From an uncultured Planctomycetota bacterium (GTDB taxonomy: Bacteria; Planctomycetota; Planctomycetia; Gemmatales; Gemmataceae): a DNA stretch of 64,000 nucleotides. Both the position numbers and the translations under genes were made by a program. The DNA lies in contig CAVVSQ010000002.1 in NCBI GenBank assembly GCA_963750865.1, positions 14,231-78,230 on the forward strand. Reading direction: 5' to 3'. The notes below the pieces were generated by a model. It was not told where the DNA came from and did not search any database. It saw only the letters and a program-made list of their open reading frames with translations. Positions 18,046-27,714 of the stretch are shown in pieces; the stretch's first letter is position 1, and every line of letters starts with the position of its first letter.

Positions 18046-19089
18046 ATGGGATTAACGATTCACTACACGTTGAAAACCAAACAGCATGCCCCTTTTGGCG
18101 AGGGTCACGAGCAAGATAACGCCAAAGAGGTCGAGCAGATCGTCCATAAGATGCGGCAACTGGCCATGGACCTGCCGTTTGAGGAAGTGGGCGAGGTCGT
18201 GAACGTGGCGGGTAAGGATTGCGATTTCGAGGCCCGCCGAGCCGAACTGCAAAACGGCGACGCAAAGAACGAAGGGCTATTTTGGCTGTTAATTCAGGCA
18301 GGGAAGAGCGTGGGGTGCCCGTGGAACAAGCACATGAGCCGCAAGCTCAATCCGACCCGCATTATCGCTTTTGATACCTGGCCTGGCCCTGGAAGCGAAG
18401 CGGCCAATTTCGGCCTCTGTCATTATCCCGCCGAAGTCGAGTGGGAGTACAGGCCAGAGGATGACCAGCGTTTTGAAGAGCTCACCAAATCCGGCGTTCG
18501 CGAGTTTTCGTGGCACAGATGGAAACGTTGCCGCAAGTTGGACCATTACCGTCCAACCCATGAGTTGCGAGAAACTCGCAAGGTGCCGACCAAACTGGCG
18601 GGCTGGCACTGGGGCTCCTTCTGCAAAACACAGTATTCGAGCGGCCCGAAGTGTGGGGGCATCGCCAATTTCCTCCGCTGCCATATCTCGGTCATCACGT
18701 TGCTGGACCGAATCGCGAAATTGCCCGACTTGAAAGTCCGTGTGGACGATGAAGGAAAGTATGGCCCAAGCACCTACTCGGACGACTGGAAGGAAGCCTA
18801 CGATGCGGGTCGCAAGCCCATCTACCGCCGCCATAAGGGCAAGTACAACCCGGCTGCGCTGGCGCAGGAAGTCGGCGAGTGGAACACGATGATCGCGGGG
18901 GTTGCTGGCGCTCTTAGCGATGCGCTAGCCGCTGGCGGGATGAAGCTGGAAGCTCCCATAAAAGGCTTTTCCGATTTCGAGCAACTGGAATTCAAGGGCC
19001 ACAACCAAAAACATTTGTCTCCTTTCCTTCAAGCAATGGCGAAACTCGGCAAGGCAAACGCCGCTGGTGACCTTGGGCCGAGCGATTGA
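18046..19089 (+). CDS. hypothetical protein (347 aa, no recognisable domain)
   Basis: Long intact ORF with ordinary protein-like composition, 25 nt after the previous stop. Confidence 0.65.
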   Translation: MGLTIHYTLKTKQHAPFGEGHEQDNAKEVEQIVHKMRQLAMDLPFEEVGEVVNVAGKDCDFEARRAELQNGDAKNEGLFWLLIQAGKSVGCPWNKHMSRKLNPTRIIAFDTWPGPGSEAANFGLCHYPAEVEWEYRPEDDQRFEELTKSGVREFSWHRWKRCRKLDHYRPTHELRETRKVPTKLAGWHWGSFCKTQYSSGPKCGGIANFLRCHISVITLLDRIAKLPDLKVRVDDEGKYGPSTYSDDWKEAYDAGRKPIYRRHKGKYNPAALAQEVGEWNTMIAGVAGALSDALAAGGMKLEAPIKGFSDFEQLEFKGHNQKHLSPFLQAMAKLGKANAAGDLGPSD

Positions 19090-19191
19090 GCAGGCAACGC
19101 ATTTCATCGTGGTGAATCCTTGCGCACCGGGATGATATCCACAGGGTCTTGCTGCCGAGAAATGCGTTCCAGTAACCCTTGAAAGAAAAAA

Positions 19192-19749
19192 ATGTCAAAT
19201 TACTTGGGAAACTTCTTTCGTGACCGTCGAGACGAATTTGGCCTCACGCTCGGGGAGCTGGCCCGAACGCTGGGCTACCGCAATGTCACAAGGGGCGTTC
19301 GACGCATCTTCCACCTTGAGCGCGAAGGGACCATCAAGGAAGACCTTCTGATAAAGCTCGCCGAGGCACTGGGAATCGAATTGCCCACCGTGGAACGGCT
19401 GATTGACGAGGACCATAAGGAACATCTTCGTCAATGGGAACTGTGGGTGAACGAGTCGCAGCCTATGTTTCTGGTAGTGAAGCTAATGCCAGCGGTGTAC
19501 TCAAAAAAAGCCCTGCCTCCCGAAGTCACGACACCTGAGCAAGCTGAAGCCTGGGCTTGCGAGTTTGCTCGGCAGCATCGGCTGCGGGTCTGCCTGGTTC
19601 TCTCCAGGCGGCTGTCAGTGTGGATTGATGCCGACGGTAACGTCGAGACAAGAACCGAAGCCACTCCTGGCGAGCCGAATACGCCCTGGATGAAACTCCC
19701 GGGTAACCCGCGAAAGTTCCTGTTCGGGCTCCAAGATAGCCATGAATGA
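19192..19749 (+). CDS. HTH (XRE-like) DNA-binding protein with unknown C-terminal domain
   Basis: FGLTLGELARTLGYRNVTRGVRRIFHLEREGTI...LIKLAEALGI is an HTH_3-like N-terminus. 12-nt inverted repeat 19094..19105 / 19159..19170 upstream. Confidence 0.65.
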   Translation: MSNYLGNFFRDRRDEFGLTLGELARTLGYRNVTRGVRRIFHLEREGTIKEDLLIKLAEALGIELPTVERLIDEDHKEHLRQWELWVNESQPMFLVVKLMPAVYSKKALPPEVTTPEQAEAWACEFARQHRLRVCLVLSRRLSVWIDADGNVETRTEATPGEPNTPWMKLPGNPRKFLFGLQDSHE

Positions 19750-20389
19750 CCCAGACTTCAAAATTCGTTTCCATCACATGACCATCCGTGACCTGGACGA
19801 GCAAAAGTTCGTTGTAGCGAAGCTCCGGCGTGTAAGCTCGTCTCCCGTCCACCTTGGAACCGTGTGCAAACCAACGGAGAGCGCTGTGGGGCGGCTGGCC
19901 GACATTTTTCGTCTGGGAATAAACAGTCGCAACTATGCCGACCTTTGCAGGATTGAGCGGCTTCTACGGGAGCGGTTTCATACGGACCCAGAATCCGAGT
20001 GGCGTGCATGCAACGAAGTCATTTGCCGTTCCTTGGGAGTCGAGCGGCTGGATGCCATCGCTCCCAAAAAGCCAATGTGGTCAAGTCGGTGTTCTGGTTT
20101 TTCCGTGACTTTTCACACGGCAAAAATGCTCGACCTGCCATATGTCGTGGCCAGCGTGAACGGCATTTTTGGGTCCCCGGCACCGCTCTTCTTGACCTGG
20201 CCCAGCGAAAAGGAAAGTGCCATTGAGAGGCTTCGAGATGTTTTCAGGGTTGGCTTGCGGGGGCGGGCTTTTCGGGATTTTTTGGAGGTTGGTCGGGAGT
20301 GCGGGAAAGGCGAGGACGAGATTGTGGCGGAGTGGAAGGCGTGCGAGAGGGCGGCGTGGTGGGCTTTGGAGCGGGTCGTGCGACATTGA
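19742..20389 (+). CDS. hypothetical protein with internal duplication
   Basis: ATG overlaps the end of the HTH gene by 8 nt. Two similar halves: ESAVGRLADIFRLGINSRNYADL...EWRACNEV and ESAIERLRDVFRVGLRGRAFRDF...EWKACERA. Confidence 0.55.
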   Translation: MNDPDFKIRFHHMTIRDLDEQKFVVAKLRRVSSSPVHLGTVCKPTESAVGRLADIFRLGINSRNYADLCRIERLLRERFHTDPESEWRACNEVICRSLGVERLDAIAPKKPMWSSRCSGFSVTFHTAKMLDLPYVVASVNGIFGSPAPLFLTWPSEKESAIERLRDVFRVGLRGRAFRDFLEVGRECGKGEDEIVAEWKACERAAWWALERVVRH

Positions 20390-20409
20390 TTTTAATTGGA
20401 ATTAGCAGT

Positions 20410-20445
20410 CAAAAACCCGTGAGCAAACGGTGGTCATGGGGAGGG
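20410..20445 (+). repeat. direct repeat copy 1 (candidate att-like site)
   Basis: CAAAAACCCGTGAGCAAACGGTGGTCATGGGGAGGG versus 22119..22155 CAAAAACCGCCCGAGAAAAAGGTGGTCATGGGGAGGG. The last 17 nt are identical. Confidence 0.5.
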
Positions 20446-20583
20446 ACTGGACGCTCAAATATATATGTGTTTTTTTCCCCTTTCACCGAGCAATCTCCAA
20501 TTGAGCAATCTTTCCATGAATGTCCGCAATTCGCACGTGCAGACCCTCTCTTACGGGACCGCCGTGAGATTGCGTGTTGCTCA

Positions 20584-20760
20584 TCATATACGTCGGCTAT
20601 CCAGGCTTTTTGCCTTGGTTGTTGCCCACGTAGTCAGCATGTTTCTCTTGCACTGTGGGCACAGAATCAGGTTACTGTGCGGCTGCCGAAACTTCACCGG
20701 CGTCCCACACAACGGGCAAGGGAGCGTTTGGGTGGTCAGTTTTTTCCGCTTATTATTCAT
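20584..20760 (-). CDS. possible 58-aa zinc-ribbon protein
   Basis: MNNKRKKLTTQTLPCPLCGTPVKFRQPHSNLILCPQCKRN... (CxxC...CxxC). Below the ORF-track cut-off. No clear RBS. Confidence 0.3.
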   Translation of the reverse strand: MNNKRKKLTTQTLPCPLCGTPVKFRQPHSNLILCPQCKRNMLTTWATTKAKSLDSRRI

Positions 20761-20906
20761 GCTTCACCTGCGGCGTGCTGTTACCGAATGCCCCAACAAG
20801 GCCGCTACTTGAACATCAGGAAAGCCGTGGGCACGGGCATAGCCGTAAGCAATGCCCCGATTTGTCTAGGCCAGCTGGAACTGCTCAGCCATTACTGAAA
20901 TGGTGT

Positions 20907-21614
20907 CTAGTCATCCCAAGGCCAAGGGCCATCGCTATTTCGCATTATTGCCGCACGAAGCGTCGCCTGGTTAGTGTTTTGTGAGACACGGACCGTGCTG
21001 CCATCTACCATAACGACATGAGAATACCCCTCGAAGAAGCCCCCTAATTTTGGAAGAGGTTGGTTCTCATCATAAGGTATGTCCTCTGGCTTAGTCCATG
21101 GAACTGATTGCCCGGCTTCTGCAATCAGTATTGTGTATGAACGCCGGGGAAAGTCTTCCTTGATTCGCCATCCCTCACGCCCTTCAAACGCTGTCCCTTT
21201 GCCAACGAATACTTGAAACAAAGTTGTGTAAGGCTCCAACGGCGGGTTTCCCTCAAGGGGACAATACGAATACGGAATGTTTGGGAGTAGCCGGAGGTTA
21301 TGCGGGCTGTCCCACGGCTCGTCGAGCTTGAACTGACGAAAAAGGTCCTCTTTTTCTAAATAAGGAAGGAGTAAAACTCGCCAGCTGAGAAGCGGCACAC
21401 CATCTCTACTGTACACAGCTGCCGGAGGCAACCGCCCATGCTTTTCGTCGTATTTGTGCATGGCCCAGGCCAACTCCTTCAAGCAAAATCCTGGAACGTA
21501 CCTCCCCTCCTTGTCAGACCTGGTTCGAGGGTCCTCCTTGTTCCAGCAGGCGTAGAACGTGATGATGACGCAGACCAAAGCCACGACCAAACCGATTTCG
21601 AGGAGGCGACGCAT
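20907..21614 (-). CDS. DUF1559-domain protein
   Basis: LSWRVLLLPYLEKEDLFRQFKLDEPWDSPHN is the DUF1559 signature. Has an N-terminal TM helix but no obvious prepilin-type motif. Lower GC. Confidence 0.85.
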   Translation of the reverse strand: MRRLLEIGLVVALVCVIITFYACWNKEDPRTRSDKEGRYVPGFCLKELAWAMHKYDEKHGRLPPAAVYSRDGVPLLSWRVLLLPYLEKEDLFRQFKLDEPWDSPHNLRLLPNIPYSYCPLEGNPPLEPYTTLFQVFVGKGTAFEGREGWRIKEDFPRRSYTILIAEAGQSVPWTKPEDIPYDENQPLPKLGGFFEGYSHVVMVDGSTVRVSQNTNQATLRAAIMRNSDGPWPWDD

Positions 21615-21810
21615 CTCAGCACCGGGCTAGGTAGATTAGGCTTTTGGCCATTCTACCTCTCCTTCCTTCGATTGCAAGCCGGTGAGGACGCGAACGGCGA
21701 ATGCCTGCAAAGTATCATGGGGTTGGTGGAAGTTGATGCCAGAACCCCAGGCGAACGAGCGAACGGCATTCTTGTGATGTGTGCTATTCGCCGCTCGCCC
21801 GTTCGCTGTG

Positions 21811-22040
21811 CTAACGAACATTGTCGAGAGCAGCCCGCAGCGCCTTCGCCCGTGCCGTCAGGTGGGAATAGTGGCGGTGGAGCATAACCGTACCCGACCG
21901 AATGTCCCAACAACTCTGCAACCTGGGCGTCCGAGACGCCGTTGACAAGGGCGTCAGTGGCGATGGTGGACCGCCTCCATGCCGTATGCAGGCTCACCGA
22001 CAAGGTGGTGGCTGTAACTGCCGATGGTGTTCTTTCAAGT
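21811..22040 (-). pseudogene. tyrosine recombinase C-terminal remnant
   Basis: LHTAWRRSTIATDALVNGVSDAQVAELLGHS, then in another frame VMLHRHYSHLTARAKALRAALDNVR stop. Only the last 70 aa or so of an integrase, with one frame break. Confidence 0.6.
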
Positions 22041-22118
22041 TCGGCAGCAAGCGAATGAGCATGACGCAGCGTTTTGAGGCATTTCGTGCGGCAAAAATGA
22101 AATCCCGAAAACCCGATT

Positions 22119-22155
22119 CAAAAACCGCCCGAGAAAAAGGTGGTCATGGGGAGGG
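22119..22155 (+). repeat. direct repeat copy 2 (candidate att-like site)
   Basis: See 20410..20445. Lies about 80 nt beyond the integrase remnant. Confidence 0.5.
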
Positions 22156-22437
22156 CCTAAATGCCATGTCGCCTTCTTTTTGTGCGTTTCAAAGTTATCA
22201 CCTCGGCGTTTCCCCGCACCTGCCCTGGGCGCTGGAAAAAGCTCAAGAACTCCTTTCTGAAATAATCGGCGGCGGAAAAAAAAGGGGCCACAGGAGAAAA
22301 AAATCGGCGGCGGGTATCGTGTGCGGCTACTCATATAAGGCAAAGGTCGGCAACCAAGTATAATATGACGGTCCTTCCACGGAAGGACATTCAGCGGGAT
22401 CGAGGTGATTCGTGACCAGAGAGAGGAAATAGGTTAA

Positions 22438-22734
22438 ATGGCAGATGTCCCTTTGAGTCACGAAACCAAAAGGCGGCTAGAACTTTTGTTCAACGGCCCA
22501 GATGCAGGTGTCGCCGCCGATTTGCTGATGAATGAGTGCGGCAGCAACCTTCCGTTCTGCGAAAACGCAGGCCCACTCGAACTGGAGCGTCTTCGTTTCG
22601 CCGCTCTGAAACTCAGTGATGGGCACTTGGACCGTCTTCTCGAAGCAATCGAACTCGCAAAGCAGGATTGGCGTGACTTGTTGATGGCGGCTGGTTTTGG
22701 AAAAGATGTCAAGGCTCATGAGCGATGGTTATAA
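22438..22734 (+). CDS. hypothetical protein
   Basis: Intact 98-aa ORF, helical-looking, no domain recognised. Confidence 0.45.
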   Translation: MADVPLSHETKRRLELLFNGPDAGVAADLLMNECGSNLPFCENAGPLELERLRFAALKLSDGHLDRLLEAIELAKQDWRDLLMAAGFGKDVKAHERWL

Positions 22735-22844
22735 CAGCGGACCAAAGGCGGTCGTCCTTGACAAGCCACTACCGACTCTGAGGTTCGACGTGGTTTTCGT
22801 CGGCAGAGAAGTAAACGGATGTTCTGTTTGGGGGAGGACGCCTT

Positions 22845-23378
22845 GTGTTGATTCGTGAGTTGCCTCACGACGCACTCCAAGTGCTGAAACGGCTAAATGC
22901 ACCGCCTCGCCTTGTGGCACACCTTGCCCTCGTCCACGACGTAGCCGCCGATATCCTCCAATCCTTGTCTGCTCAATGGCAAGACTTTCCGATTGACAAG
23001 GAGGCGGTTCTGTTTGGGGCGGCAACGCATGACATTGGGAAAGTGCTGCACCCTGCTGAACTGATTGGTCCTGGCAGCAATCACGAAAAGGATGGACCAG
23101 GTCTGCTTGAACAGGTGGGAATACCGGCAGATCGTTCCCGGTTTGCCAGGACTAATGGCACTTGGAAACAAGAGGCGACATTGGCTCTTGAAGACATCGT
23201 AGTCGCCTTGGCGGATACTTGCTGGAGGGGCAAGCGGGATGAAGAACTGGAGTCCCGTCTGGCATCTTTCATTGCTGGCTTGCAAGGCATCGAGAAGTGG
23301 GAAGCGTTCCTCGCCCTTGACGAGATCGTAGCAAAAATTGCAGCCCATGCTGAGGAGCGATTGGCTTGGCAGGGCTAG
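22845..23378 (+). CDS. HD-domain phosphohydrolase-like protein
   Basis: LALVHDVAADI...GAATHDIGKVLHP...HEKDG...ALADTCW. GTG start. Confidence 0.7.
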   Translation: MLIRELPHDALQVLKRLNAPPRLVAHLALVHDVAADILQSLSAQWQDFPIDKEAVLFGAATHDIGKVLHPAELIGPGSNHEKDGPGLLEQVGIPADRSRFARTNGTWKQEATLALEDIVVALADTCWRGKRDEELESRLASFIAGLQGIEKWEAFLALDEIVAKIAAHAEERLAWQG

Positions 23379-23422
23379 TTCAATAGTTGAGCGTTTCCAC
23401 GGAGGCATAGCGAGAAGCGTAC

Positions 23423-24166
23423 ATGAATGAGGAAAGAGCCAAATCGATTTCAACGTGGGGAAAGGCCGCAGGTGCTCATTTGGCCGTGGTCGGCCTGAGC
23501 TTCGTTCTCTCGTTTATGTTGTTGCGAAGAGTTGGCCTTATGCCAGGAGAAGTCCTTGACTGTATGGCGTTTGGATTTCTTTTGTTTTATGCAGTAGCGG
23601 CGGTTGCAGCTTTGCTCATTCGCAGGGTTAGTATACTTTCCTGTAGCATCGTTTTTGCCCTAGCATTTCTTCCCACTGGTGGGTGCCTTGGTGTCCAAGA
23701 AACAAGGAAGGAGATAAACTACCGATATTACCTTCCTTTTGATCGGTTTCGAGATAACCTTGCTACACCTGTTCCAAAAAGTGTGTCCAATCTCCGCTTC
23801 GTGTCGATGGAAGAGGGTGTCAGTACCGACTTGATGTTCCAGTTCGACATTGATCCCGCAGACGTGGAGGCGATATTGAAGTGGCGAAAACTTGAACGAG
23901 TGGACCCCAAGAACATGCTCAACCCGAAGGACTTCTTTCAATACGCCTACTACATGCCGGTAGAGGGCGGCTACCATGTCTTCCAGGGAAAGGACAAGTT
24001 TGATGACGTATTGACGATCAAAACTAACGAATCACATTCCCACGCCATCTTCCGCAAAGAATCGTCCAGCATCTACCGTGATCGGCGGTGGGAAAACGAA
24101 AGTCCGATTACCCTGCAAATGGATAACGAAGCCCTTGAGCGGCTTAAACGCAAGAACGGAGAATAG
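23423..24166 (+). CDS. hypothetical membrane protein
   Basis: Three N-terminal hydrophobic helices, then a soluble domain. Low GC. No domain recognised. Confidence 0.5.
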   Translation: MNEERAKSISTWGKAAGAHLAVVGLSFVLSFMLLRRVGLMPGEVLDCMAFGFLLFYAVAAVAALLIRRVSILSCSIVFALAFLPTGGCLGVQETRKEINYRYYLPFDRFRDNLATPVPKSVSNLRFVSMEEGVSTDLMFQFDIDPADVEAILKWRKLERVDPKNMLNPKDFFQYAYYMPVEGGYHVFQGKDKFDDVLTIKTNESHSHAIFRKESSSIYRDRRWENESPITLQMDNEALERLKRKNGE

Positions 24167-24298
24167 GTTGTGAAAGTTCACGAACTAAGGGCGGTAGCCG
24201 AAACGCCGATCGACTTGAGTGCGATAGCCGGTCGCACGGAAGTCGGCTCGACCTAACGGCAACGAAAAACGAAGCCAAGAGACACGAACCATGAGTGA

Positions 24299-25350
24299 TT
24301 AGTGATTGATTTGGCACTTCGGCAGAGCCTTGCGCAAATCCGCCACCCCAGCGTCGGACACTTTCGTGACAACAATGTCCAGGTATTGCAAGCTTTTGAA
24401 ATTAGCAAGTTCTTTTAGTCCCACGTCCGTCACCTTTGTGCCACCGAGTGCCAGATTCTGCAAGCCCTTGAAAACTGCAAGCTCCTTTAGCCCCGCGTCC
24501 GTCACCTTCGTATAGCAGAGGCTCAAGTGTCTGCAAGCTCTTGAGACCTGCAAGTTCCTTCAGCCCCGCGTCCGTCACCTGCGTTCCGAGAGGTCTAGTG
24601 TTACCATAGCTCTTGAGACCTGCAAGTTCTTTTAGCCCCGCGTCCGTCACTTTCGTTCCGAAAAGGTCCAAGGTCTGCAAGTTCTTTAGGCCTGCGAGTT
24701 CCTTCAGCCCCGCGTCCGTCACCTTCGTTTCACCAAGGCCCAGATTCTGCAAGCCCTTGAGACCTGCAAGTTCCTTCAGCCCCGCGTCCGTCACGCTCGT
24801 GTAATGGAGGCTCAGGGTTTGCAAGGTCTTGAGACCCGCAAGTTCCTTCAGCCCTGCGTCCGTCACTTTGGTGTTGCAGAGGTCCAGTGTCTGCAAGCTC
24901 TTGAGACCTGCAAGTTCCTTCAGCCCCGCGTCCGTCACCTTCGTGTCGCCAAGGCCCAGATTCTGCAAGCTCCTTGAGACCTGCAAGTTCCTTCAGCCCC
25001 GCGTCCGTCACCTTCGTGTTGCTGAAATCCACGCTGGTTTTTACCAGCGCTCGTAATCCCACGAGGCCACGTTCGATTCCCGCTCCATGAACAGGGACGC
25101 CATTAATCCACAGCCCAAAAAGTGGCAATTCTGGGAGGCTATGTTCTACTTTCCCTCCAAGCGCCTTTATTGCTTGCTCCGCCTTCGTGTCATCCTCGCC
25201 AGCAAACAGTGGTCCGGTCAGGAGCAGCGCAAAGGCAAATGGCAGGAGCCTTCCGCTTGTCGAAATAATGCGATTATTCTCGTCCAAGGACGCACTTCCC
25301 CCTTTCTTTTGAGCAGGTGTCAGTGGCTGTCTAGGAGCGTGCCACAACAC
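24299..25350 (-). pseudogene. secreted leucine-rich-repeat protein (24-aa TKVTDAGLKELAGLKxLQxLxL repeats), frameshifted
   Basis: ORFs 24730..25350, 24402..24986 and 24299..24553 each carry the same repeat in different frames. Signal-like RLLPFAFALLLTGPLFAG. 72-nt DNA periodicity. Confidence 0.75.
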
Positions 25351-25652
25351 AACATCGGCTTATCCCCGGCAAATCAGGGCGAGTATAGCCCGACGAATCG
25401 GATCGAGCAAGGTCGGCCAAGCGGCGACAACATGAGGCAATTCGCGGTCAATCAGGGATGGCTTGCAAAGCGTCGCGAGAGATTTGAACAACCAAGGCCA
25501 CACGACACACCGGGGCAAGCCGTGGAGCGCGGTTCAGGTTATGCGCGTTTGGGTCGTGTGATGCGTTGAAATCCCGAACGTAGATGCGGAACGCTCTGTG
25601 GTTCCGCGTCCGTACTGTCCGCAGACATCGGGCGAAAAAGCGATGCCGGGTT

Positions 25653-26240
25653 TTACGGGAATTCGAGGCTGTAACCCTCCTTATTCTTGAAGGGCTTTAC
25701 GGCGTTAAGCTCCGAATACACGGTCAGCCGCTTGCTTTTCTCCACAGGATCTTGCAACGACAAAACCAACTCAACGCGGGTGTCTCGAATATCCGTCATG
25801 AGATACCGAGTTTTTGTCTCCTTGACGGCCTCAATCACAACCGGATAACCATCCGGCAATTTGGCGACGATGGGGTAGCCGTTGTATCCGTAGTACGAGC
25901 TAATGAAACGCGAACCAAAGGTTGGGGAGAAGACATTGTAGCCGTTCGCCCCCTCCAAATTCACTGTCTTGCCAATCCAGAGTTTGTATTCCGGCGTAGA
26001 CGAAACATCCCTGGTATGGCGCATCCGGCAATTCCCAAGGAAGCGACCAATCCGAGAGCACAGGCTATTCTCTGCTTTGACATTTGGAGTCCTTTCCTTC
26101 GCGAACAACATTATCAGACCGATAGCGTTAAAGCAACTTCCAAATTGCGACGCGCGAGAACCTTGCCGCCGAAAGACACCGGATTCTGCAGCAAATGCCA
26201 TCGGCCTAACGGAAAGAACCACATTCATTTCGCCGCACAC
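25653..26240 (-). CDS. hypothetical protein (start uncertain)
   Basis: 195-aa ORF. The C-terminal 130 aa or so look protein-like (YKLWIGKTVNLEGANGYNVFSPTFG...). Low GC. Confidence 0.4.
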   Translation of the reverse strand: MCGEMNVVLSVRPMAFAAESGVFRRQGSRASQFGSCFNAIGLIMLFAKERTPNVKAENSLCSRIGRFLGNCRMRHTRDVSSTPEYKLWIGKTVNLEGANGYNVFSPTFGSRFISSYYGYNGYPIVAKLPDGYPVVIEAVKETKTRYLMTDIRDTRVELVLSLQDPVEKSKRLTVYSELNAVKPFKNKEGYSLEFP

Positions 26241-26440
26241 ACCTGGGCCAGGTTAGCCATGCGGATATGGTCGGGCAACGTGGACCACGCTTCCATGACG
26301 CGAGCCAAGTCTGGGTCGATTTCGGGGTTTTTGGTCGAAAATGCGTCGGAATCCGCAGCGCACTTTTCAGAATCTCCTAGAATCCCTGTGTTTTCTTGAG
26401 TATGTTCGATTCTCGTCGGGGTCATTTTTGGATACTGCAA
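26225..26440 (-). CDS. possible small hypothetical protein
   Basis: 71-aa ORF overlapping the next ORF start. Weak evidence. Confidence 0.25.
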   Translation of the reverse strand: MQYPKMTPTRIEHTQENTGILGDSEKCAADSDAFSTKNPEIDPDLARVMEAWSTLPDHIRMANLAQVCAAK

Positions 26441-26563
26441 AAAACCGCTCTTGGCATGAAAAATGACCGGCGCGATGCCACGCGCGGTTCTCGCCCTTGC
26501 GCCGTTTCGTTTAAGTTGTACTGCGCCGATTGAATTTCAACCGACCCTTAAGGGAGTAACATC

Positions 26564-27599
26564 ATGGCCCCATTGCGCTCGGCTGGCTTGCTTATTCTTT
26601 CCCTGGTTCTTGGAGGGGGACCCGCCAGGCTGGCCCAAGAACTCGCGGCACAACATATCAAGGCGGACAAGGCCAAAGCCCTTACCAAGGCCGTCTATGA
26701 CATTCGTGATCTCGTGGCCAAGCCGACCATTGTGGGCATGTCTGGCCGCCCGTTCCGCGCCGCTGAACCGGCCCAAAAAGCGCTTGGGATTGTTGCGCAA
26801 TTTCGTCAACTCTCGATCCGATGACCGATACGTCCACCCCGCTGGATCGCGAAACCATCGAGATTTTGAATGGCACCCGCGTCGTGATTCGCGCAAGCGC
26901 GGCTGAGGCACGCCAAGATCTCCGCTCTGCTGCAAGTTTTGCGAGCCCAAGGTGATATTGCCGTGTCCGTTGTGGCCCATTTGTATGAAGTCGATGAAGC
27001 TTTTTACACCAAGCTCAAGAACGCAAAGCCGCATTTCTCTGGAGGAATCGGAACGGCAATTCCTGAAGGAGATTCGCCCCGCTGGATTCTCTTTTCAACC
27101 TCCTGCCCAAACAGAAAAAGGTCATGGACGGGGAAAAGGTCCAGGTTACCAGCGGCGAAGATGCCCCGCTCCTATCTTGGCACCAGGGCGTGCGCTGCCT
27201 GGCCGGTCCCGAGCAGCTACGCAAGGGCGAAAAAGGCCCGCAAACGCTGTTGGAAGGAGTTTCTTTTGTTGCGAACCTGGAGGTGAGCCAGACAGGCGCT
27301 CAGGCCGCTTAAAACTCACTGAGAAAGCCGCCGAGCTAGAGAGGATTCAAAATACCAAGCTATTCGTGGCCGAGGGCAAAGAGGTCGCTGCCGAGGTTCC
27401 GCTATTCAGGGAACACACGCAAACGCGCATTGTAGAAATCCCGGACGGGGGAACCTTCCTCATGCCCGTGCTTTACCGGCCACGTGTGGCCCGCGACAAG
27501 GGCCGTTGGTGGGCTCTCTCCATTACGCCACGTATCGTTATTGAGGCAGAGGAAAAGGCCATCGAAAACGCTATCAAGGGTTCGGTGCCCAAACCCTGA
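26564..27599 (+). pseudogene. secreted protein, possibly secretin-like, at least 3 frameshifts
   Basis: Signal peptide MAPLRSAGLLILSLVLGG. Plausible pieces in three frames: LLQVLRAQGDIAVSVVAHLYEVDEAFYTKLKNAK / KVQVTSGEDAPLLSW...VSFVANLEVSQTGA / LKLTEKAAELERIQ...IVEIPDGGTFLMPV. Family call is tentative. Confidence 0.4.
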
Positions 27600-27714
27600 C
27601 GTGATATCACGTCGAGGATCGCCGGGCTCTGCGCCAATGGGGTCATCCGCCGCCCGATTAATGCGAGCAAGTCGCGCTCAATGGTAAATGGTAATTGGTT
27701 AGCGTGTTGAACTG

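Larger units (their letters stand above)
8621..20445 (+). mobile_element. putative integrative island (ArdC x2, RuvB-like, IS630, xis/int, small-gene array); boundaries uncertain
   Basis: Excisionase-like and tyrosine recombinase genes, antirestriction genes and plasmid/ICE-type small genes, nearly all on the + strand. A 36-nt direct-repeat copy sits at the right edge. The left edge is not defined. Confidence 0.45.

Noticed and set aside
24299-25100. Regularly spaced repeats that could be a CRISPR array
   Set aside because: The period is 72 nt with no unique spacers. The repeats translate into a canonical LRR unit in frame. This is a coding repeat.
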